64,000 bases of DNA from Eubacteriales bacterium (GTDB taxonomy: Bacteria; Bacillota; Clostridia; Oscillospirales; CAG-382), in contig JBAYZO010000001.1 in the NCBI GenBank assembly GCA_041672465.1, forward strand, positions 18,988 to 82,987, read 5' to 3'. Position numbers and translations under genes: made by a program. The notes beneath the pieces were generated by a model. It was given only the letters and a program-made list of their open reading frames with translations. It was not told the DNA's origin and made no database searches. Every line of letters starts with the position of its first letter. Positions within the stretch are counted from its first letter, which is position 1. Below, piece by piece: positions 58,701-64,000 of this stretch.

Positions 58701-61281
58701 TTGAAGTAGAATAAATACAGTTGCCGTAAATAAAAACGCTTTCGTCGCAATAAACAACTTTTCCCTCGCCGGGTTTCTGATATAAAAGCAGGGGCTTTGC
58801 AAGGCTGTAAGCCATTCCGCCGATAAACAACACATCCCCCGCCGCCCTTATACTCGTAACCCCCTGATTGTCCGGCGCGGGGCTTAAAGACAGGCTGACC
58901 CAGCCGCCGCCGCTAAAGCCAAACGCCGTGTCGGGCGTTATCGGCGAATAGGCGTAAACCCCGCCCGCGCCGCCCGCGAGAGAGCTGCCGGAGTCAAGCC
59001 TGCCTATTATGGACTGCGTTCTTTGGGTTATGTCATATGACACAACCTCCCCGCCGCTTTGCAACACCACAACAGCGCCGTCAAACGCCGCGGCTGATTT
59101 TATCTTTACCCCCGCCGCGGGGACAAACTCAAAGACAAAGGGGTTTTTATTTGACAAAAGCAGTCCGGGATCATAAACGAAAACGGTTTTTTCGCTGACC
59201 GCCACAAGCTTTTTCGAAACGAGATAAACCCCCACAACAGGGCTGAGCGTGGGTATATACCGCTTAACCGAGGAATAATCGCCGCTGTCAAATATCATCA
59301 CGCCGCTTTCGCCCTCGTCCCAGAACGCTGTCCAGCCGAAGTCTCCGCCGAACACAATCTTCCCTCCGGGGGAAATTCCTTCCTCAACCACTACGGTTTT
59401 GGTTATTGTAAAACCGACGGTTTTAAGCTTTGCCCCGGTGGAATCGGTGCAGGTGACGGTGTGTTCCCCCGCCGACGACGCGTACGCTCTCCCAAAAAAC
59501 GGCTCGCCGTCCAAAAACGAATAGCCATCGCCGACCACGGTTACGGCGACGCGGTTTTCATACACCCCGCCGTCCTCCGCTCCGTACACGGCGGGGGGGT
59601 CGGCGTAGATCAGAAAAGTTTCGGTCAGCGTGTTGCCGTAAGGCCCGGTCAGGGTGAAAATATGCTGTCCGAAGCCGTATACCTCGTCCCCCGACAAATA
59701 GGGCTGGCCGTCGACGGTCGCCCTCCCGCGGGTAAAGGAAATTGTAGCGAAGTCGCCGTATTTTTTTATTTCATAGCTCAGCTTGACCGTGTCCACCGAA
59801 AAAGACAGCGTCACCGTCCCGTACTCGTCGACCACCGTCAGCACATGACTTCCTTGTGAAAATATCTTCTCGCCGGAAAAATAATCCTCGCCGTCAAGGG
59901 TTGCCGCGGCGTTTTCAAAAACCGCCGCAACTTCCTCAAAATACACCCCGCCGTCGCTCACCCCGGTGACAAAAGGCTTGGCGAGGTTTATGACAAGCGC
60001 TTTAAGGTTAAGGAGCCCGAATCCCGTAAAATTGTTTTTTTCTTCTTCCGACGAGTATTCGAGAAGCTTTCTGAAATACTCCACGCTCATTTGCCTTTTG
60101 GGAAGCCCCGCCTTGGCGTTCCCGCGTATAAGCGCGGCCGCGCCCGAAACAAACGCGGCGGAGTAAGAGGTGCCGTTTTCGGTTATAATCCCCGTCGCCC
60201 CGCTCTTATGGTCAATAAGCGTAAGGTTTTCCCCCGGGGCGGCGATATCGACAAAGGCGTTGAACTGGGAAAAGACGCTCGAACTGCCGTCTTTCCCCAC
60301 CGACGCCACGCTTATGACGTTTTCATAAGAGGCGGGGAAAGCGGGTTTCCCCGCGTATTCCATATCCCTGCCCTCGTTGCCGGCGGCCGCCACTAAGATA
60401 ACATTTTTCCCCGCCGCGTAGTCGACGGCGTCTTTTTCGGCTTTGTTCTCGTCATACCCGCCGAACGACATATTGATAACGTCGGCGCCGAAGTCGGCGG
60501 CGAAGTAAATCCCCCCCACAAGGCTTGAGGTTAAAATGCTCTTCCCGCCCGAGGTGATTTTAACCGGCAGTATAGCCGCGTTCTTGGCGACCCCCGAGAC
60601 CGACGACACGATTATCCCAGCCACCCGGGTTCCGTGGCCGTCGCTGTCGTTAAACTCCCCGGTCTCGCCTGTAATGGCGTTATAGCCCGGGAGGATTAAC
60701 GCGCTCTCAAGAAAAGCGTGGGTTTTGTCAACCCCGCTGTCAAGGATTGCCACAACGACTCCGTCCCCGCCGTCAGTGGACACCAAATTTGCTTTTATCG
60801 CTTCATATTCCCAATAATCGGAAACTCCGCCGGCAAGCAGTGGTTCTTCGTCTTCTTCCCAAAGGGAGTAAATAACCGTGTCCGGAATTATGTACTCGAT
60901 AATGTTAAAAAATCTTCCCGCGAAGCCCTCCGCGTCGGGGAGGTTTATTAAAAACTTCCGCTGGGCGCTGAACGCGAGAAGGGAAAAATTATATTCCTTG
61001 ACCGCGTCATATATCTCGGTCATTCCCGCCCCTTTTACAAACGATACGATATAGTTTTTTTCGTCCCCCTCGGGGGAAGGGTTCGGGCGGGTTTTTTTGG
61101 TCGCCGCGGCGCCGCCGAGCAGTTCTTTGCGGGTTTTGTCATAGATATAAAAAGGGTTGTCTCCCTCCCCGCCGGAAGCCGGCAAGCTGAAATTCGCGCG
61201 GCAAAATATGCCGATAAAAACAACCGGCGTAAGCAAGAGAATTATTAAAAGAAACGCGAAAAGCCTTTTAATGACCAACAC
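55732..61281 (-). CDS. Giant membrane-anchored subtilisin-like (S8) serine protease with repeated beta-domains, Big_2, dockerin-like, cohesin-like and cadherin-like modules
   Basis: 1849 aa. N-terminal signal/anchor. Catalytic triad contexts are VAILDSGVD, DGHGTRVAG and NGTSYSAAFVSGAAA (about 60100-60790). Big_2-like segment: LGVGQTVKLKAALFP. Dockerin-like pair: GDLDGDGEVTINDAELL / SDLNSNAKVTASDLKAL (about 56900-57085). Cohesin-like segment at about 56540-56880. C-terminal acidic linker plus a TM helix, ending RKRTR. GTG start. Confidence 0.8.
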   Translation of the reverse strand: MLVIKRLFAFLLIILLLTPVVFIGIFCRANFSLPASGGEGDNPFYIYDKTRKELLGGAAATKKTRPNPSPEGDEKNYIVSFVKGAGMTEIYDAVKEYNFSLLAFSAQRKFLINLPDAEGFAGRFFNIIEYIIPDTVIYSLWEEDEEPLLAGGVSDYWEYEAIKANLVSTDGGDGVVVAILDSGVDKTHAFLESALILPGYNAITGETGEFNDSDGHGTRVAGIIVSSVSGVAKNAAILPVKITSGGKSILTSSLVGGIYFAADFGADVINMSFGGYDENKAEKDAVDYAAGKNVILVAAAGNEGRDMEYAGKPAFPASYENVISVASVGKDGSSSVFSQFNAFVDIAAPGENLTLIDHKSGATGIITENGTSYSAAFVSGAAALIRGNAKAGLPKRQMSVEYFRKLLEYSSEEEKNNFTGFGLLNLKALVINLAKPFVTGVSDGGVYFEEVAAVFENAAATLDGEDYFSGEKIFSQGSHVLTVVDEYGTVTLSFSVDTVKLSYEIKKYGDFATISFTRGRATVDGQPYLSGDEVYGFGQHIFTLTGPYGNTLTETFLIYADPPAVYGAEDGGVYENRVAVTVVGDGYSFLDGEPFFGRAYASSAGEHTVTCTDSTGAKLKTVGFTITKTVVVEEGISPGGKIVFGGDFGWTAFWDEGESGVMIFDSGDYSSVKRYIPTLSPVVGVYLVSKKLVAVSEKTVFVYDPGLLLSNKNPFVFEFVPAAGVKIKSAAAFDGAVVVLQSGGEVVSYDITQRTQSIIGRLDSGSSLAGGAGGVYAYSPITPDTAFGFSGGGWVSLSLSPAPDNQGVTSIRAAGDVLFIGGMAYSLAKPLLLYQKPGEGKVVYCDESVFIYGNCIYSTSTGTPIGSYPGDVINAAEDGGFIYLIYAGGRYEKVKAEKLYGAFPINKELTGAVLASRPYESSVPLVFDAEIKSAAFDGQTRLVAAIRENDNNLYFLSGSTGRVLHSVYLKYTPSAVVSVGESVAVLFEKANGFYLTGLDRYCEIPGKVSFACEAGGRIFALCGGRIFEYNTLSGSISYPFGESQCDGVAGYGGRLYISTIFDITGYDAATLKPFANLAAMYRGKMHAVENYVIAGNYIYDAVTLRYVSSVVGSVFDARGNMLLTETGLFSISDGGYIAGYMTNPDRAVILPDFSAILFGEMSLTIIASGNGDPTLPVEITGVKSGETYYGATRVWFDKGVGYMDGRQVESGYSETKAGPHTLTVVSPWGIRTTVSFTLKYDPVSMDITNGDISLGVGQTVKLKAALFPEGSEGEVVFSTESRVVSVTPAGVVTGLSEGEGLVCASVVNTDISACVRVFVSGGATVCTNPSYVIDSVSGVLYGVPPATDVGVFLSYFESEGSYFSVEDSAGKPVEDGIVGTGMRLIKQSFSGKVTDTLEISVTGDLDGDGEVTINDAELLYNYLVYKYEIKTFVFYASDLNSNAKVTASDLKALCAKINHSFGSDLESDASLYINVPVFGYTGGLFYITIQNDRLNGAGAVSGVLNYDSEKFSFIKTQSFAGELYAADKQGRIEYSALGVDKAEQGAKLFRFYFVIKNAAEAGETVFIFENTAFPGGAGEKTIIKARDNSERFMVKTNPSPTLEVSAANAELDFSEEIFVYEVFLPENDEFLVLDFDCPADCFVYFNNIPIYGNGARQLVLKYLNAKGELSDYIFTVTRGVKEKFPPRLAGLFVGETAFYPVFDPDVFEYRAEIEIETEEIGVKAPAITAIPNNEETIIDIYGPDSLYEGENIFIITCHSDGGEISYTLVFDVFKPDKPIEESSGLVPDESSETDETTEETPQSSKPEPESSAGGVTPGEKPRGAAAAAALILGFIAVSLLGYIIRKRTR

Positions 61282-61354
61282 CCCGCCTAAAAAAACAACT
61301 CCCGGCCATTATGGCAAAACAAATGCCGCTCAATATATAAAAAACAAATTAAAA

Positions 61355-61897
61355 TTAAAACAACGCTTTTACCCCGACGGCTATAAGCAGAACCCCGGCG
61401 AAAACCAACCCCTTTTCCCCTAAAACTACCCGTATTTTTGTGCCTAAAAACAAAGATGAGTAACACACGACGGCGGTGACGGACCCCACGATAAGCGAGG
61501 GAATAAAAATATGGGCGACCAGCGGGGAAAGGCTGACCCCGAACGCGAACGCGTCCACGCTTGTGCAAACCCCCTGAGTTAAGAGGAGCGAGGGCGACAA
61601 TATCTTGCAGGAAGCCTTTGCCTTATCGGGCTTGAAAAACGAGTAAAGCGTCCGCAGGCCGATAAAAGTTAGTATTAAAAACACCAAAAGCTTTGCGTAC
61701 GAGCCGAGGTTAAATCCCGTCAGCTTCATTAAAAAATACCCGAGAGCCGTCATAAACGCCTGAAAAAACCCAAACAGCGCGGGGTTGAGCATAAGAGGGA
61801 CAACCCCGCCGCGGTGCGAGGCGCAATTTGCCATGGTGACCGCCGCGGCGTCAATCGACAGCGCCAGCGCGATAATAAATATCTCAACTAAATTCAT
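61355..61897 (-). CDS. mntP: Manganese efflux pump MntP
   Basis: 180 aa, 6 TM. Duplicated DUF204 motif (LALSIDAAAV and CTSVDAFAFGVS). Confidence 0.8.
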   Translation of the reverse strand: MNLVEIFIIALALSIDAAAVTMANCASHRGGVVPLMLNPALFGFFQAFMTALGYFLMKLTGFNLGSYAKLLVFLILTFIGLRTLYSFFKPDKAKASCKILSPSLLLTQGVCTSVDAFAFGVSLSPLVAHIFIPSLIVGSVTAVVCYSSLFLGTKIRVVLGEKGLVFAGVLLIAVGVKALF

Positions 61898-62687
61898 AAT
61901 AAATTTTTTCCATTTCCGCGCTTTGCGACTTGTGTGTTATGTCGGCGTAAATATAAAGGTTGGGCTCGACTTTCATGCCGTCGCTCCCCCCTTTTTTGCC
62001 CTCCGCCAAAACAAGCGACGGCGCTTTGCCGGGGGAGGGCGATACAAATCTCAGCCGTTTTGGCTTTATCCCCGCCCTTTCCATGGCTAAAATCAACTTT
62101 GCCGTGTATTCCGGGCGGTAGACCGAGAAAAACCTCCCCCCGTATTTAAGGGCATGTCCGGCGCAGGCGCAAAAGTCAAAGATATCGCCCGTTTGCTCGT
62201 GGAACGCGGCGGATTTTAAAGCGTCCCCGCTTTTCTTCCCCGAAAAGGCTTTGTGATAAGGCGGGTTCATCACGGCAAAATCACATTCGCCGCCCTTTAT
62301 TGTTTTTGCCGCGTCTTTTACGTCTGAAACAACACATCTAAAGCTTTTGGCAAAGCCGTTTTTTTCGGCGTTTAATACCGAAATGTCGGCGTATTCCTTT
62401 ACTTTTTCAACCCCGAGCATTTTTTTCGCCCTGCCGCTTTCGAGGAGAAGGAGCGAAACCACTCCGCAGCCGCTGCCAATGTCGCAGCCGTAAACCCCTT
62501 TTTTGGTGAAATAAGCCAGAAGCAGCGAATCCGTGCCAAAGCGGAATCCGCCTTTTAGCTCGCTTACGCTAAGCCCGAGGTTGATTGTTGTGTTTATTGT
62601 TTCCCCGCGGTTGTTTTCACTGCCGACGCTTTGTTCTTCCATAAATCCCTGTAACGCAAAAAGTTTTATCAAGACGCCATAAAACAT
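61884..62687 (-). CDS. N6-adenine-type SAM methyltransferase (tRNA1(Val) m6A37 methyltransferase TrmN6/YfiC-like)
   Basis: SAM motif CDIGSGCGVVSLLL and catalytic VMNPPY. Its end overlaps the mntP start by 14 nt. The alternative start at ATG 62642 (MEEQSV...) is equally plausible. Confidence 0.65.
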   Translation of the reverse strand: MFYGVLIKLFALQGFMEEQSVGSENNRGETINTTINLGLSVSELKGGFRFGTDSLLLAYFTKKGVYGCDIGSGCGVVSLLLLESGRAKKMLGVEKVKEYADISVLNAEKNGFAKSFRCVVSDVKDAAKTIKGGECDFAVMNPPYHKAFSGKKSGDALKSAAFHEQTGDIFDFCACAGHALKYGGRFFSVYRPEYTAKLILAMERAGIKPKRLRFVSPSPGKAPSLVLAEGKKGGSDGMKVEPNLYIYADITHKSQSAEMEKIYYEFS

Positions 62688-62801
62688 AAACAGTTAACCA
62701 TCAACAACAAACAATGCCCATAGGCTGCGAGACATAGCGGGTCAGGCAACTATGGGCGGTTTTAAGACGTTTTACCGGACATTTTTATGTCTGTTTAATT
62801 C

Positions 62802-62843
62802 CTTATGTCTTATGTTTAATGTTATATGTTATGTGTCAAATGT
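62802..62843. repeat. Heptad-periodic repeat (nnnATGT)x6: CTTATGT CTTATGT TTAATGT TATATGT TATGTGT CAAATGT
   Basis: Read directly from the sequence. It lies just downstream of the ferredoxin stop codon. Confidence 0.85.
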
Positions 62844-62861
62844 TTTGTTTTTGCCTTTGCC

Positions 62862-63035
62862 TTATTCTTTAACGGCGTCCACCGGACAAACGGCGGCGCA
62901 GGATCCGCAATCAATGCAGGTTTCGGGGTCGATTACATACTTGCCGTCTTCGTCCACCGAAATCGAGCCGACGGGGCATTCCTCCTCGCAGGTGCCGCAG
63001 CCGATACAAATATCCTTGTCAATAACAAAAGCCAT
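62862..63035 (-). CDS. 2x[4Fe-4S] ferredoxin (57 aa)
   Basis: Not in the ORF track because it is under 60 aa. The minus strand reads MAFVIDKDICIGCGTCEEECPVGSISVDEDGKYVIDPETCIDCGSCAAVCPVDAVKE, with two CxxCxxCxxxCP motifs. GGAGG lies 8 nt upstream. Confidence 0.9.
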   Translation of the reverse strand: MAFVIDKDICIGCGTCEEECPVGSISVDEDGKYVIDPETCIDCGSCAAVCPVDAVKE

Positions 63036-63110
63036 AAAAAATTCCTCCGATTAATAAATACTTTCTAAAATTATATTGATAAATTTAAAAACCAAAACAC
63101 TCTTTTGCGC

Positions 63111-64000
63111 CTAATCAACTTTTTCCAGCGCAAACTCAAAGTCGGCAAGGATATCGTCTATATCTTCTATCCCCACCGATATTCTGACAAGCCCCGGCGA
63201 GATCCCGGCGAGAGCCAGCTGCCTGTCGTCAAGCTGTCTGTGGGTTTCTGACGCGGGGTGGAGCACAAGCGTGCGGACGTCCGCCACATGCACCACGTTT
63301 TTGGCGAGCCGGAGCGAATCCATAAACTTAACCCCCGCTTCCCTGCCGCCCCCGAACACCACGGAAAGCACCCCCGACTGCCCTTTGGGGAGATATTTTT
63401 TGGCGAGGCTATGGTATTTGTTTGACTCAAGCCCGGGGTAGATGACTTCTTGTATTTTACCGCACCTTTCAAAAAACTTCGCGGCCGCGAGGGCGTTTGA
63501 GCTGTGCGCCCTCATCCGTATCCCCAGCGTCTGGCTCCCCAAATCGGTTAAAAACGCGGAGAACGCGGGGGGGCAAAGCCCTATATCCCTCACAAGACAA
63601 GCGCGGAGCCTTGCCGCGTATGCCAAAGCGCCAAAGGTTTTTGTGTAGACGACCCCGTGATAAGAAGCGTCGGGAGAAGTAAAGCAGTCAAACCCGCCGG
63701 ATTCCCAGTCAAAACGGCCGGAATCAATCACCGCCCCGCCGACCTGAACGGCGTGTCCGTCAAGGTATTTTGTGGTGGAGTGAACCACGATATCCGCCCC
63801 GTAGGAAATGGGGTTGCAGAGCACCGGGGTGGGGAAGGTGTTGTCTACAATAAGCGGCACCTTGTTTTTGTGGGCAATCGCCGCCATTTTTTCAATATCA
63901 AGCACCGCGAGCGCGGGGTTTGAGAGCGTTTCGCCGAACACAGCCCTTGTGTTGGGGCGGAAAGCCTTTTGTATTTCTTCCTCGCCGCCGTCAAAGTCCA
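63111..64000 (-). CDS. metY: O-acetylhomoserine sulfhydrylase / Cys-Met-metabolism PLP enzyme, C-terminal part (N-terminus lies beyond the right edge)
   Basis: The reading frame stays open to position 64000. PLP-lysine context VVHSTTKYLDGH. The stretches DNTFPTP, LES..YPGL and HPASETHRQL are typical of MetY/CysD. Confidence 0.85.
   Translation of the reverse strand, partial: DFDGGEEEIQKAFRPNTRAVFGETLSNPALAVLDIEKMAAIAHKNKVPLIVDNTFPTPVLCNPISYGADIVVHSTTKYLDGHAVQVGGAVIDSGRFDWESGGFDCFTSPDASYHGVVYTKTFGALAYAARLRACLVRDIGLCPPAFSAFLTDLGSQTLGIRMRAHSSNALAAAKFFERCGKIQEVIYPGLESNKYHSLAKKYLPKGQSGVLSVVFGGGREAGVKFMDSLRLAKNVVHVADVRTLVLHPASETHRQLDDRQLALAGISPGLVRISVGIEDIDDILADFEFALEKVD

Noticed and set aside
61884-61950. 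yybP-ykoY manganese riboswitch expected upstream of mntP.
   Set aside because: The mntP start overlaps the end of the preceding methyltransferase gene by 14 nt, so there is no leader in which a riboswitch could sit.

Overview
All calls below come from reading the sequence and recognising motifs; no searches or alignments were run. This is a dense chromosomal window, roughly 50% G+C by eye, and its gene content and order look Firmicutes/Clostridia-like. Most of it is housekeeping: efp-pepP-hslO, tig-clpP-clpX, a tRNA-Leu/tRNA-fMet pair, uppP, ftsK, a DtxR-type repressor next to feoAB, rpe, a complete F1Fo ATP synthase operon, a pyrG-aminotransferase-purB block, guaB, asnA, pgi, a PBP5-type carboxypeptidase, mntP, a ferredoxin and metY. 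Scattered among these are cell-surface and accessory genes: a dockerin-bearing 920-aa secreted protein, a class B sortase, a BspA-type LRR lipoprotein, a GH25 muramidase, a DUF4886-like surface protein, an orphan ABC solute-binding lipoprotein, a MacB-like ABC fusion, and a 1849-aa membrane-anchored S8 protease with dockerin- and cohesin-like modules. I see no CRISPR array, integrase, transposase, toxin-antitoxin pair or recognisable defence operon, and I cannot point to a clear new multi-gene system. Four things deserve a second look. (1) One ORF in the ATP synthase operon fuses a b-like stalk, a delta (OSCP) C-domain and a full alpha subunit; the same operon has a truncated epsilon. (2) A ~175-nt tract next to tRNA-fMet is built from eight copies of the heptamer ATGAAAT/ATTTCAT in mirrored orientation, alternating with seven unrelated perfect mini-hairpins. 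(3) An AT-rich islet at the tRNA 3' side carries a leaderless, endolysin-like GH25 gene. (4) Short heptanucleotide-periodic tandem arrays occur in at least four intergenic spacers, and two of them share an X-Y-Y-Y-X layout. Promoters and terminators are consensus-based predictions only.
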